The notes under the pieces are model-generated. The model saw nothing but the letters and a program-made list of their open reading frames with translations. It ran no database searches and had not been told where the DNA came from. The position numbers were made by a program, and so were the translations under genes. A stretch of 64,000 bases of DNA from contig JBGVBX010000024.1 of NCBI GenBank assembly GCA_045225975.1, forward strand, positions 15,497-79,496. The letters are read 5' to 3'. Shown piece after piece: positions 47,774-61,115 of the stretch. Origin of the DNA: Malacoplasma sp. (GTDB taxonomy: Bacteria; Bacillota_I; Bacilli_A; Mycoplasmatales; Mycoplasmoidaceae). Numbering within the stretch: the first letter of the stretch is position 1; every line of letters starts with the position of its first letter.

Positions 47774-48958
47774 ATGTCATCTAAAGTTTCTAAGATTATT
47801 TATTTAAAATATGGCGAATTAACTCTTAAAGGTAAAAATCGTATAGATTTTATTAATTGCTTATACAAAAATGTTTTAAGTGCATTGAAACAATTTAAAT
47901 GCATTAAAGTTTTGAAAAAATTTGATTCAATGGAAATAATATGCAACAAAAGTAATTATCCAAAGATAATAGATATTGTAAAAAGAATACCTGGTATTTT
48001 TCAAATAATTGAAGCGTTTGTGATCAGCGGTAACCAAGTAAAACAAGTTGAGAAAAGTATTATTAATTTATTAAAAACAAAGCAATTTCAAACATTTAAA
48101 ATTGCAACTAAAAGGTGTGATAAAAGATTTCCAATAAATTCGATGGAATATTCAAAATTAATAGGTAGTATTGTTCTTGCAAATATTAAAAATAAGAAAG
48201 TTATTATGGACAATCCAGATTTAACTGTTAATATTGAAATTCATAGTGATAACATTATTTTATTTTTTGAAAGAATAGAAGGAGCCGGCGGTTTTCCTAT
48301 TGGTATTAATGGTAAAGCTCTATCATTAATTTCTGGTGGTATTGATTCACCAGTAGCATCAAGTTTAGTAATGAAAAAAGGTATTCATGTTGATTTTATT
48401 ACATTTATTACTCCACCACATACATCAGATGCAGCATTAAAAAAAGTTAAAGATTTAATCAAAGTAGTAACATTAGATCAAAAACTTGAAAAACCAAAAA
48501 TTTTTATAGTTAATTTCACAATGATTCAGCATGAACTCTCTCACATAAGTAATAAGTCTTATCAAATAACTTTGATGCGACGCTATTTCTTTAGAATAGC
48601 TAATTATTTGAAAAATAAATATGGTTATGATGCAATTGTTACAGGGGAGTCATTAGGACAGGTTGCTAGCCAAACATTAAAGAGCATGGAAACAATTGAA
48701 AATGTTCTTGACAATAAGACAATTATTTTAAGACCATTGCTTTCATATGACAAGATAGAAATTATTAAACTTGCAAAAAACTTAGGAACATATGATATTT
48801 CAATTTTGCCTTATGCTGATTGTTGCTCATTATTCGTTCCTAAATCGCCAGCCACAAAACCTAATATTGAAACAGCTAAAAAATTAGAATCAGAGTTAGC
48901 ACTAATTGATAATATTTTTGATGATACTATAGCTAAATATATTAAAATAATAGATTAA
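47774..48958 (+). CDS. thiI: tRNA 4-thiouridine synthase ThiI
   Basis: IIYLKYGELTLKGKNR is the N-terminal ferredoxin-like/THUMP region and LSLISGGIDSPVA is the PP-loop. Confidence 0.9.
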   Translation: MSSKVSKIIYLKYGELTLKGKNRIDFINCLYKNVLSALKQFKCIKVLKKFDSMEIICNKSNYPKIIDIVKRIPGIFQIIEAFVISGNQVKQVEKSIINLLKTKQFQTFKIATKRCDKRFPINSMEYSKLIGSIVLANIKNKKVIMDNPDLTVNIEIHSDNIILFFERIEGAGGFPIGINGKALSLISGGIDSPVASSLVMKKGIHVDFITFITPPHTSDAALKKVKDLIKVVTLDQKLEKPKIFIVNFTMIQHELSHISNKSYQITLMRRYFFRIANYLKNKYGYDAIVTGESLGQVASQTLKSMETIENVLDNKTIILRPLLSYDKIEIIKLAKNLGTYDISILPYADCCSLFVPKSPATKPNIETAKKLESELALIDNIFDDTIAKYIKIID

Positions 48959-48961
48959 ACT

Positions 48962-49948
48962 ATGAATTACATAGAGAAACAAATTATCAAAAAAATTAGT
49001 GAATATAAAAAGATCTCATTGTTTTTTCATGAGATTCCTGATTTTGATGCTTTAGGTTCTTGCTTCGCTTTAAAATTGTATCTAAAAGATAAATTTCCTG
49101 ATAAGCAAATTGAAATAATTGGTCTTGATATTTTAAGTAATAATTTTTCAAAAAATTTATTTATTTTTGAACCGAAACATATTCCAAATGAATATTTAAA
49201 AAATTCGTTAGGTATTATTTTAGATACTGCAAACTCTGCGAGAGTGTGGTCACATAGACAGGTTAATTGCAAAGAACTAATTAGAATTGATCATCATCCA
49301 TTAGTTGAATCATTTTGTGACATTGAATTTATCGATGAAAAGGCATCTTCGACATGTGAATTGGTTGGTATGTTAATGCTTAATTGAGATGAAACATATG
49401 TAAGTGCACTAGTTGCATTATATTTATATGCAGGTATTTTAACTGATACTGGAAGATTTTTATATTCAACAACAAGACCAGAAACTTTTGCACTATGTTC
49501 TAAATTGATTGAAAAAAAATTTGATAGAGATATTATTTATAAAAGTGTTTATTTAAAGTCATTAAAACAATCAAAATTTGAATCTTATGTAGTAAGTAGA
49601 ATTCAAATAAATAAAGATTTGAAATTTGGATATGCAGTAATTCCACGCAATACATTTAATAAATTTGACATTGATTTAAGATTAAGTATGGTTCATGTTT
49701 TTAACAACATTAGTGAATTAGAAGTTTGGATGACTGTTTATTATGATGACACAATAAATAAGTGAAGAGGTTCATTACGTAGTCGCAATTTACCAATAAA
49801 TGTTATTGCAGAAAAATATTCAGGCGGTGGACATGTTCATGCTGCAGGTTTTACATTAGAACATAAATCTGATTACAAACGATTAATAGCGGATCTATCA
49901 AAATATATTATTAGTAAGCAAAAGGAAAAGACTAACGAAGATGAGTAA
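48962..49948 (+). CDS. DHH/DHHA1-family phosphoesterase (NrnA/DhhP-like)
   Basis: Motifs are FFHEIPDFDALGS, ILDTAN, RIDHH, GILTDTGRF and GGGHVHAAG. Fragments join through TGA. Confidence 0.85.
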
Positions 49949-50582
49949 TAAAGAATATATGATTTTAATCATAATAATTTCATTATTAGGATTAGTTCTC
50001 CTAATTCAACTTGTATTTCTTTTCCGTAATGGGATAGCAGGTTATATTAAAAATAGAAATCATTCAAAAAATAAAAGGCACAAAAAAACCATTGAACAAG
50101 TTGATATTTTTATTAATAATATTGCTACTTCATTAGCCAAGCTTTCATATGATAAAATTGGTGGTATTATCATCATTGAGAATAGAGATAATTTAGACAA
50201 ATATATTAATTTAGGTACCAAGGTTAAATCAGATTTTCTTCCAGAATTTATAACAAATGTTTTTTATAATCATAAGTCTCCATTGCATGATGGTGCTATG
50301 ATTGTTCGTGATTTAAAGATTTGTAGCTTATCAAGCTATTTGCCAGTAACAAGAAGAATGGTTTCAGTAGAGTATGGTTCTCGTCATCGTGCTGCATTTG
50401 GTATTTGTGAATCTTTTGATTGTTTAGCATTCGTAGTTAGTGAAACTAGTGGTAATATTACTTTTGTATACAAGAATATTATTAAAAGATTACCAGCAGA
50501 CCCAATTCAATTAATGGCAGAATTAACAGAGATTTTTAGAAGATATTGGCTATATAATAAATTCGTTAGAAAAATTAGTTAA
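49941..50582 (+). CDS. cdaA: Diadenylate cyclase (single-TM CdaA/CdaM type)
   Basis: One N-terminal TM helix precedes the DAC domain, GGIIIIE...PLHDGAMIV...GSRHRAA...VVSETSG. Confidence 0.88.
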   Translation: MSNKEYMILIIIISLLGLVLLIQLVFLFRNGIAGYIKNRNHSKNKRHKKTIEQVDIFINNIATSLAKLSYDKIGGIIIIENRDNLDKYINLGTKVKSDFLPEFITNVFYNHKSPLHDGAMIVRDLKICSLSSYLPVTRRMVSVEYGSRHRAAFGICESFDCLAFVVSETSGNITFVYKNIIKRLPADPIQLMAELTEIFRRYWLYNKFVRKIS

Positions 50583-51210
50583 ATTTAAAAGAGATAAATT
50601 TTATTGAAAAACCCATTCCAATAAATTTTTTTTCATATTCAGTTAACAAACCATTTATTTTTTTAGATCTATATAAATTTTTAGTGTGTTTAATGATATC
50701 AATATCTTTACGTGCTCTAATAATTTCTAGTGAATAGTTGTATAAGTTATCATTATCTGTTTTGAATTCAACAATACCATTTTTTGATAGTATTTTTTTA
50801 TAGATGTTTAAATAATTATTAGATGTTAATCTTCTTTTAGCATGGCGTTTTTTTGGCCAAGGATCTGAAAAATTTAAAAATATTTTGTTAAAAAAATTAT
50901 TTGGGAAATAATCGTGTATTTGTTTTATATCAATTGCTAAGAAACTGATATTTGTTAGTGGCTCAATTGTTTTGTTCAATTTATTTATAGCTTTTCAAAT
51001 AACGGTCGGAAATTTATCTAGTCCAAAAAAATTTATATTTGGGTTATTTTGTGCCATTTTAATAATGAAATCACCTTTACCCATACCAATATCAAGATAA
51101 TTTAATTTATTTTTTTTAGGTAGTTCTTTAAAATAGTATTTAGAACTTTTTACAAGCTCTAAATCATTTTTAATTTTTCTTAGTCTTCCCATTTTCAGTA
51201 TTTGAATCAA
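50575..51210 (-). CDS. trmB: tRNA (guanine-N7)-methyltransferase
   Basis: LDIGMGKGDF is the SAM motif and FSDPWPKKRHAKRR is the TrmB signature. The start is either 51210 or 51192, and both overlap the scpB end. Confidence 0.85.
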
Positions 51211-51760
51211 AGAAATCTAATGAGTTCTCAAATTCATCTATATTAACTTCTTTATCAATAATTGGTAATTCTTTAATTGATTTAATTCCAAATAGATCGA
51301 AAAATTTATTAGTTATTTCATACAAATATGGTTTTCCTGGAGTATTTGCTCTACCAGTGCATTTAATTAAATCTAATTTTACTAGTTTTTCTAATGCATT
51401 AAGTGCATTATGACCTCTAATTTTTTCTACATATGATGATGGGCAAGGTTGGTTATAAGCAACAATAGCTAGAGTTTCAAGCAATGATTGAGTAAGAGGA
51501 TTTTTATTTTTTGTATCGTAGACCAATGAAAGTTCATCATGATTTTGTTTTTTAGTTAATAAACGAAATGTATCACCATATTGTTCAATGGTAATTCCAC
51601 GGTTAGCATTTTGATCGTATTCTTTTTTCATTTCTTTTAATATCTTATGGATATCATTAGAAGGTAATTTAATTACCTTTTTGATTTCATTAATTGTAGT
51701 ACCGTCATTACCTTTAATGTAAAGCAAACTTTCAATTATTGATTTTGTATTGTTACTCAT
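51170..51760 (-). CDS. scpB: Segregation and condensation protein B
   Basis: IESLLYIKGNDG..., LETLAIVAYNQP and GRANTPGKPYLYEIT are ScpB blocks. Confidence 0.88.
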   Translation of the reverse strand: MSNNTKSIIESLLYIKGNDGTTINEIKKVIKLPSNDIHKILKEMKKEYDQNANRGITIEQYGDTFRLLTKKQNHDELSLVYDTKNKNPLTQSLLETLAIVAYNQPCPSSYVEKIRGHNALNALEKLVKLDLIKCTGRANTPGKPYLYEITNKFFDLFGIKSIKELPIIDKEVNIDEFENSLDFFDSNTENGKTKKN

Positions 51761-51761
51761 A

Positions 51762-52526
51762 TTACTCCTTTAAAACAGATATACAAATTTCATTATTTCC
51801 TTGATTTTGTGAAATAGTAATTTTACCATATCTTACTAAATCTAAAATCGCTAAAAATGTCGTTACAATAAATTGTTGTGTAATTTTTATTGGGTCAATC
51901 TTTGATAAATATTCACTAAAACTGATAGTTTTGGATTTGTATTTCTTTAAAAACTCTCATAATTCTTCTTCTATATCTTGAATAGATAATTCTTGCACAA
52001 GAATTTTTCTTTGAACAAGAGTTGACATTTTATATTTGCCAATAGCATCAATTAAAGCTTTTGAAATTTTATTAAGTTCAATTTTATTAGGTAAAACTTC
52101 TTCAATTAAATCATTAGGTTCATAAGCTTTAACATCATTAGTTTGTTTATCTAACATTTGTTTTCTTAATTCATGTTTAGTTTGCAAATGACTAACAACC
52201 TCTTTATATTTTCGATATTGAATAATTCTTTGAATAAATTTATCACGTTCATATTCGAAAGAGCTATCATCTACTATTCCATTTTCACTAGGGATTAATT
52301 TCTTTGATTTTAATGAAATTAAATAAGCGCTCATTTCAAGATATTCACTAGCTAACTCAATATTGATAGTGTTAATTTGTGATTTTATATATTCAAGGAA
52401 TTGGCTTGCTAGTGTAGCAATATCAAGATTCAAAATATCCATTTTCTTTTCACGAATTAAAGTATCAAGTAAATCTAATGGACCTTCAAAATCTTTTAAT
52501 TTAAGATTTAAATCATTATTATCCAT
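51762..52526 (-). CDS. scpA: Segregation and condensation protein A
   Basis: FEGPLDLLDTLIREKKMDI is the ScpA N-terminus. The frame continues through TGA 51957 to TAA 51762, giving 254 aa. Confidence 0.88.
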
Positions 52527-52989
52527 GGTTTATTCTCTTGTAATAGTTAATAATAAACTCATCATGTTCTACTTGTTTATATTTTTTAAATTCTAGTAAA
52601 TCAAAATGCATAAATACATTACAGTTGTATGATTTTTTTAATGTAGAGATAATAAGTTCATCAGCATAAGGATAGAATAATTTGTAGATTGTTTTACCAC
52701 CAATTATGAATACATTTTTATCTTTAGCAAAATAAATTACTTCTTTAAAATCATTAAAAACTTTTACACCCTCAGGTGCAATAAAATTTTTATCAAGTGT
52801 AACAACAATATTTTGTCTATTTGGTAATGGTTTAGAACCTCATGACGCAAAAGTTTTCTCACCACAAACAACAATATTGTTCAAAGTTGTAGAACGGAAG
52901 TGATTCATTTCGTCCTTTATTGATCATGGTAGATTGTTATCAATACCTATACCATGATTTATATCTTCACATCAAATCATTTTAATCAT
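52519..52989 (-). CDS. folA: Dihydrofolate reductase
   Basis: I translated this by hand: MIKMIWCEDINHGIGIDNNLPWSIKDEMNHFRSTT...PLPNRQNIV...IIGG. It has five in-frame TGA, so the track misses it entirely. Confidence 0.8.
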
Positions 52990-52990
52990 A

Positions 52991-53857
52991 TTAAACTGCC
53001 ACCTCAGCTTTAATTGATGGTTCAGGATCATAATCAACAATTTCAAAATCATCAATTTCAAGATCCTCAATTTTTTCAGGAATCCTTTTAATTATTAATT
53101 TAGGTAATTTTTTAGGAGTACGTTGTAATTGTGTTTTAACTTGTTTAACATGATTTATATAAATATGTAAGTCACCAAATGTATGAACAAATTTACCTGG
53201 TTTTAAACCAGTATATTTAGCAATGATATATGTTAATAGTGAATATGAGGCAATATTAAATGGTACACCTAGAAATACATCTGCAGATCTTTGATATAGT
53301 TGACAAGATAATTTACCATCTTGCACATAGAATTGGAATAGTGAATGGCATGGAGGCAAAGCCATTTTGCTTACATCATTAGGATTTCATGCACTAACAA
53401 TTAATCTTCTTGAATCCGGATTAGTTTTAATTTCATTAATAACTCATTTTAATTGATCACAACCATTAAAATTGCGCCATTGTTTACCATATACAGGACC
53501 TAGATTACCATATTTTTTAGCAAATTCTTGATCTTCCTTAATTTTTTTAGCAAATTCTTGTAAAGTTTCACCTTGGTAATTTGGTGATTTTTTGTAAATA
53601 TCATATGGTCAATCATTTCAAATGTTGCAATTATTATCGACTAAATATTTAATATTAGTGTCACCCTTTATAAATCATAAAAGTTCAGCAATGATTGCTT
53701 TATAATTTACTTTTTTTGTAGTTAGAAGTGGGAAATATTCAGAAATATCATATGAAGTTTGATATCCAAATGTTGAAATAGTATCAATACCTGTACGATT
53801 ATGCTTTAATTTGCCATTTGCAAGTATGTATTGTAATAATGTTAGATATTGTTTCAT
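52991..53857 (-). CDS. thyA: Thymidylate synthase
   Basis: [13 protein letters not shown]....RTG, ...LPPCH..FQFYV and DLHIY are ThyA signature blocks. The protein is 288 aa. Confidence 0.95.
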
Positions 53858-54699
53858 TAATAACGAGTTCCTTTTGCCGGTTCATCTTTTCGTTCAAATA
53901 CATGTGGATGTTTTGTATTGTCATTAATTAAATTAAACATTCTCATATATTCATTAAAAATAATATCATGGGCTTGAGTTACGGTAAAATTAATGTTAAT
54001 ATTTGCATATTCTTGAGGTTTAATTTGTTTCATAAAACTAACATAAGCTATTTTGCTTTTATTTTTATATCCATATTTTTTAGATTTTTCATTTGTATCA
54101 ATTAATCCTGCAATAGCGATAGGAATAATTGGGACTAATGAATTATATGCAATTCTAAAACTCCCACTATGAAAATTCATAACTGTTTTAGGGTCATAAT
54201 TTCTTGTACCCTCAGGAAAAATGATGATAGAACGTTTATCAGTTTTAAAATTTATTTCATTCTTGAACACAAGGAGTGTACTGTGAAAATTGTTTCGGTT
54301 AATAAATATTGTGTCAATAAGTTTTAATGGATATGCGAAGAATGAATGGTTAGATAAATCTTGTTTTGCAACAAATCGGAAATATGGGATTTTTGCATTT
54401 TCATATAAAATCTTGAAAAGAACAACAGGATCCATATCTGATTTATGGTTGGCAACATAAAAAGCAGGTATATTTGGAAGATTAAAAGCGCCTTGTGACT
54501 GAATCTTATATCTTTTGATAAAAATAAATTTCTTAGCGATTTTATAAATTGTTCGATATCGAATTTCAATTGGCATTGATTCAGGGTTGACTAAATATTT
54601 TTTACATTTACCCTTAGTTAAATTTACACTTATTATGAGAGCTAAAAAAACTCATGGAACCGCAATAAATCAACCAATAACTCTGAAGAACTTGCTCAT
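53857..54699 (-). CDS. plsC: 1-acyl-sn-glycerol-3-phosphate acyltransferase
   Basis: NHKSDMDP is the HX4D motif, with IFPEGTRN also present. The N-terminal TM helix is recovered by extending through TGA codons to ATG 54699. Confidence 0.85.
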
Positions 54700-54727
54700 A
54701 TAAATACATTTTAATAATATTTTATTA

Positions 54728-55294
54728 TTAATGATTATATTTGTTCATTATTTTATCAAAATCAACATTATTGACAAAATCATCGATAATTTTAATTACA
54801 TTATTAGTAGATAAATTTATTTTTTCTAATTCATCATTAGTGAATTTGCTAAGCACATAATTAATAACTTGACTTTTATCATTTGGTTTGCCAATACCAA
54901 CACGCACACGTTTAATATCTTCTGTACCAAGTAATTCAATGATATTTTTAATGCCATTGTGACCACCGCTACTACCTTTTAATCTAATACGGATATTACC
55001 TAAATCCGTATCCAAATCATCAGCAATAATTAAAATATCTTTGAAATCTATTTTGTAAAAGTTAACAATTTGTTGAACAAATTGTCCAGACAAATTCATA
55101 TATGTGTATGGTTTAGCAATAATAAATGGTTCACCATTTTTATTATTAATTTTCTTAAATCAACCATTGAATTTATTTTCATTAAGAAACATATCATTCT
55201 TTTTAAGTCATGCATCAATAACCATAAAACCAACATTATGTCTGGTATTATCATATTGATTTGAAAAATTTCCTAACCCAACTACTAATTTCAT
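54728..55294 (-). CDS. pth: Peptidyl-tRNA hydrolase
   Basis: [23 protein letters not shown] and ...[12 protein letters not shown] are Pth motifs. The protein is 188 aa. Confidence 0.92.
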
Positions 55295-55938
55295 TAAATT
55301 TCTTTATTTTGATTTTTAGTTTTCTTTGCTTTGGAAATGTAATAGTAAGCAATATATGCAATACATCCCAAATAAACTAAAATCATTTCTAATAAGATAA
55401 ACAAGGCACCAAAGGTTAAAGTAATGTTATTATTTCTAATTAACCACATCCATGAAATATAAAACTCTGAGCTAGAAGTATATTTTGGCTTGCAAGATAT
55501 CCCTAATATCAACATGATTAAAATTACAATGAATAGTGAAATTAAAATTTTTGGGGCATAACTCAAAGAAACTTTATTATGTAAAACTAGATTGCCAATA
55601 AATTGAGCAATATATAATGCAAATCACAAGCAATCAAAAGCAATAACAATAATAGCAAAAGTTGATAAATTTGAAATAGGTTTCGCAGATATTGTTTGTT
55701 GCCAAAATCCAAGTCATCAACTTGAATTATCTTTAGTAGATGCACCAAATAAAGCGATGACTGTTAATAAATAAAGTATTGCTCCAATTATTACATTAGC
55801 ATATGTAAATTTTGTAAAAATTTGACAAATTTTTATTTTCTTCACGGTATCAGCATTAACAATACCACCACCATTTGAATGTTCTATGCGAGTAGTTTTT
55901 ATGATTCTTGTATTATTCACTTTAGTTGTATTAGGCAT
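55294..55938 (-). CDS. Hypothetical polytopic membrane protein
   Basis: Two fragments in frame give 214 aa with about four hydrophobic helices. I recognise no family. Confidence 0.55.
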
Positions 55939-55940
55939 AA

Positions 55941-58568
55941 TTATTTAGGTTTCTTGTTTTTATCTTGTTCTTTCAAACTATTAATTTTATTACCGTAGTG
56001 AGCATCAATAAATAATTGTTTTAATTCATTTACACGAGGTAAACGAGGGTTTGCACCTGTGCATTGATCATCAAAAGCTTCAATTGACATTTTATCAAGA
56101 ATCTTCTCAAAGTCAGCATCATTAACACCATATTCCTTTGTTGACTTTCAAAGTTTTACAGATGCAAATAGTTTTTGAACTTCTTTAATTAGATTATCAA
56201 TCTTTTGTGTTTGATCTTTACCCTTTATACCTAATTCATCAGCAATTTCACAATATTTTTCTCTTACATCATTGTATTTAAATTGAGGTCAATACATTTG
56301 TTTTTCATTTTCAAATTTTGCTACATTATATCGCATTACATATGGTAGATATATTGCATTAGCAGCTCCATGCATTACACCAAAATGTCCACCAATTTTG
56401 TGTGACAATGAGTGAACTACACCAAGATAGGCATTACCAAATGCAATACCAGCAATAGTTGCAGCATGGGCAATAGCTTCTCTTGCCTCTTTATCTGTAG
56501 TTCCATGTTCATAAGCACGTTTTAAATATTTAAAAATTAACTTAATACCTTGAATTGAATATGGTCTTGTAAATTCGGTAGCAAGAATAGATACATATGA
56601 CTCAAAGCAATGACTTAATGCATCGGCAGCTGTTACAGCTGTCATTCTTGGAGGCAATGACATCATAAATTGTGCATCAATAATTGCAATATTTGGTACA
56701 AGAGCATAGTCAGCTAATGAGTATTTAATATGTGTTTTTTCATCGGTAATAATAGCAAATGGTGTTACTTCAGATCCAGTACCGGCAGTTGTTGGAATGC
56801 AAACTAGTTGTACTTTTTTTGGTGTTGGGAATTTAACAATACGTTTACGAATATCTATAAATCTTATTGCTAAATCTGAAAATTTAACATTTGGATATTC
56901 ATTGTAGAATCACATCATTTTAGCAGCATCAAGTGAACTTCCGCCACCAAAAGCAATTATTGCTTCTGGTTTAAATTCTGAAATTTCTTTTGCACCTTTA
57001 TATGTTGTAGCACATGATGGGTTTGGTTCAACATTGGTAAATGTTTTTACTTTCATTCCAAATTTCTCAAGAATATGAGTAATTTTTTGGCCAAACATTC
57101 CCCAAATAAAATTATCAGAAACGATAAATACTTTTTTAACACCATCATCTCTTAGATCTTTTAAACCTTCTTCAATACATCCATACTTAAAATATACCTT
57201 GCTTGGTATACGCATTCATAACATATTTTCTCTTCTCATAGCTACCTGCTTTACATCTAATAAATTTTCTGGTCCAATATTTTGACTTGTTGCATTACCA
57301 CCGACTGAACCACATCCGATAGTAAATGTAGGTAATAGTTTAAAGTTATAAAAATCACCAACACCACCTAATGATGAAGGAGAGTTAATTATTAATCTTC
57401 CAGTATTAGAGTTATTACTAAATTTAACAACTTTATCAGCACCCACTAACTCATCACAAAATAAAGATGAAGTGTGTCCAGGACCAAGTTTTAACAATTC
57501 TTTTTGAATCCTTAAAGCATCATCAAAATTTTTAGCTTTATATAAGGAAACAAAATCTGATAGTTTTTCATGAGATAATGGGTTTTTAGCTGTACAATCA
57601 TTTGTTACTACAACTAACATCTTAGCTCATTTAGGAACTTTAATATCAAAAAGTTTTCCTAAGTTCTGTGCATTTTGACCAACCATTGCTGGATTTAAAA
57701 TATGTGCACCATTTTTAGTCAAAAACATTTTGCTTGCAATTTTTTTAATATCTTTTTGGTTTGTTATTACATAAGCTTGTTGATTTGTAAATTCATTAAC
57801 TACTTTGTCATAGATATTACTTAATGCAATAACAGAGTTTTCAGTTGCACAAATCATACCATTATCAAATGTATTAGATTGGATTATTGAAGCTACTGCC
57901 ATTCTAATATCAGCTGTAGTGTCAATAATCGCTGGACAATTACCAGGACCAACACCAATAGCTGGTTTACCAGATGAGTATGCGGCCTTAACTAAACCAC
58001 TACCACCAGTTGCTAAAATTAAATCACATTGCTGCATTAATTCACTAGTATCTTCCATTGAAGAATTATTAGGTAATCAAGAAATAATACCCTTTGGTGC
58101 TCCAGCAGCTACTGCAGCATCATGAATTATTTGTGCAGCTTTAACAGTACAGTTATAAGCACGTGGATGTGGAGAGATAATAATTCCATTGCGTGTTTTT
58201 AAACATATCAAAATTTTATAGATTGCAGTTGAAGTTGGGTTAGTTGTAGGAATAATACCAGCAATTACACCTTTTGGTACTAATATTTTTTTATATCCAG
58301 AAGGAATATCTTCATCAACAACACCACATGTTTTCATGTATTTATATTTGTTGTAGATATATTCAGCAGCAAAATTATTTTTAATAATTTTATCTTCCAA
58401 AACTCCCATTTTAGTTTCAGCAATAGCCATTTGTGCTAATGGGATTCTTTGCTCATTAGCAGCTTTTGCAGCCATATAGAATATATGATCTACTTGTTCT
58501 TGTGTAAAAGTTGCAAATTTTTGCTGTGCATTCCTTACAGAATCAACAATTTTTCTTATGTTACACAT
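55941..58568 (-). CDS. adhE: Bifunctional acetaldehyde-CoA/alcohol dehydrogenase
   Basis: Five fragments in one frame give 875 aa. The N-terminal ALDH half (PTTNPTST, ...ATGG...) is followed by a C-terminal Fe-ADH half (GGGS..D.AK, ...HSLSHK.GG.F...HG). Confidence 0.93.
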
Positions 58569-58589
58569 AATGTAATTATTATATAAAAT

Positions 58590-58619
58590 CCAAAAAAGTA
58601 AGATAATTTACATTATCTT
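58590..58619 (-). terminator. Weak hairpin plus U-tract after trxA
   Basis: On the minus strand AAGAUAAU-GUAA-AUUAUCUU is followed by ACUUUUUUGG. The stem has only one G-C pair and overlaps the trxA stop codon. Confidence 0.35.
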
Positions 58620-58930
58620 AAAAATTCAATTATTAAGTTTTTAATTTCTTGAATATTTTTATAACCAACAAACATGTTGAATAGTTTACCATCTTTAAAA
58701 AACATGACTGTTGGTATTGATTGAATATTTAATTTTCTAGCTAACATTGATTCACGATCAACATTAACTTTAAAAAAGTTAATATTTTGATATTGATCAG
58801 AAATTTGACTCAATGTAGGTGAGAGCATTTTGCATGGTCCACATCAATCAGCATAAAAATCAATAATAACATATTTGTTTGTTTTTATTGCTTGTTCATA
58901 ATTGACAGTGATTAATTCATTTATTGGCAT
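58613..58930 (-). CDS. trxA: Thioredoxin
   Basis: The N-terminus recovered through TGA is MPINELI...IIDFYADWCGPCKMLSP, which contains the WCGPC active site. The protein is 105 aa. Confidence 0.9.
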
Positions 58931-61051
58931 TTATTTTTTTCTCTTAAGATTTTTTTCAAAAACAGCTTTTTCTACTTTAATATCTGGAACTTTATTCTCA
59001 GCAATAGCAGCTTCCAAAGATTTTATCATTTTGCTATTAGTTTTCATTATGAAGTTGCATTTAGGGTAGTTATTACATCCAACAAATTTTCTTTTATGTT
59101 TATTTAATTTAAGTACTAAGTCACCACCACATTCTGGACATTTTAAACCAGTTTTCTTTGGCTGAATTGTATTTGGGAATTCGTTATATTTACATTTTGG
59201 GAAGTTAATACAACCGATGAAACGTAGACCTTTATCTTTTGTAAATCGATATACTAAATCTCCACCACATTTAGGGCATTTTCTACCAATATAAATGCTT
59301 TGATTAGGTGTTTTTTTAGCTTTTTCAATGGATTTATTAAGTATTGGTTGAAATTTAAAAATTGGTTCTTTCCAATCAATTTTTCCATCAGCAATATCAT
59401 CCAATTTATCTTCAAAATCCTTTGTAAATTCCTTATCCAAGATAAAATCAAAATATTTGTCAAGAAATTTTACAACATCATTACCAAGTGGCAATATTTT
59501 ATATGAATGAGATACAAGCTCTGCATATCCACGCTCTATAGCCATATTTGCCATTGAACGATATGTTGATGGTCTTCCAACACCAGCATTATCTAGTTCT
59601 TTAATTAATGAAGCTTGTGTATATCTTGCAGGCGGTTCTGATGTATGTTTTTTAATATCAATAGTTGATATATCATCAATAGTTTCGCCTAATAAATTAT
59701 CTGAAAGACATAAATCTCTTGTTGATAATTCAAAATCATCTTGATAAACTCTCTTATATCCAGGCTCAATTAAAATACGGGAGTAAGTATAGAATTTGTT
59801 TTCATTGTTAATAATACGGGCAATAGTATTTTCATACTGTGCAGGAGTCATAAAACTAGCAATAGTTCTACATCAAATTAAGTTGTATAATTGATATTCT
59901 TCTTTTCCAATTTTATTTTTAATTGATTTTGGTGTGATAAATGGATCAATTACACGGATAGCCTCATGAGCATCTTGAACATTATTAGTTTTATCTTTTG
60001 TCGGTGCGGATTTAGGAAGTTTGAAATATTGTGGACCAAATGCTTTAGTAATGAATTTTTTTGCTTGTTCTGCAAAGTAAGATGAGACACGTACACTATC
60101 AGTACGCGGATAACTAATTAATGCCACATATTCATTATCAATTTTTACACCTTCATATAATTTTTGTGCAACAAATGTAGCTTGAGAAACACTCCATTTT
60201 AAATGGTTAATTGCATCTTGTTGAAGTGTTGAAGTTTTATATGGGTCTTTTGGATTAGAGCTATATTGTTTAGGCTTGTCAATTTTATAAATTTTAAATT
60301 TCTTTGTTAAATTTGCTTTTACTTTTTCAGCAGAAGCTAAATCAGTGAAATTGATACCACTTCCTTCTTCATCTGAAGGATTTTCAACGTTAATATTTTT
60401 AAGAGAAGGATTAATTTTACGAAGGATTAATTTGCCATATTTAATAGAAATAGGATCTAATGTTCATCAATCTCTAGGCTTAAAATTATTAATTTGCTGT
60501 TCACGATCATAAATCATTTTAAGAGCAACGGATTGAACTCTTCCAGCACTTCTACCACCAGTTTTGCTTCTTACTTCTTTAGAAACTTTATATCCCACAA
60601 GTCGATCTAATAATCTACGTGAAAATTGTGAATGAATTCAATTTTCATCAAGTTCTCGTGGATGCTTTAAAGCTTCTAAAATCGCTAATTTTGTGATTTC
60701 ATTAAAAGTAATACGTTTACATTTTTTCTGATCTTTTTCTGGTAAAACACTGTAAACATGTCAAGAAATAGCTTCGCCTTCACGATCAGGGTCAGTTGCT
60801 AAATATATTTCATCTGCTTTACTTGCTGCTTGTTTAATACTACTTACAATCTTTGATTTAGGTTGCAAACCTTTTTTAACTGAAGGAATTATTCATTTTG
60901 GTTCTAGTGTTTTTTCATCAAAACCTAAATTGTTTGATGGTAAGTCACGAATATGTCCAATTGTGGCAATAATTGTAAAATTATCATCCTTTAAATATTT
61001 GTTTATTGTTTCAATTTTATTAGGTGACTCAATGATAAGCAGTTTGTTCAT
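58931..61051 (-). CDS. topA: DNA topoisomerase I
   Basis: [20 protein letters not shown] is the TOPRIM start, ISYPRTDS holds the active-site Tyr region, and the C-terminus has CPKCGG/CPECGG zinc ribbons. The protein is 706 aa. Confidence 0.95.
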
Positions 61052-61115
61052 AAAGAATCTAATAAATTATATAAAAGTATCAATGTCAAAATGACATATC
61101 TATATATATTTTTTA

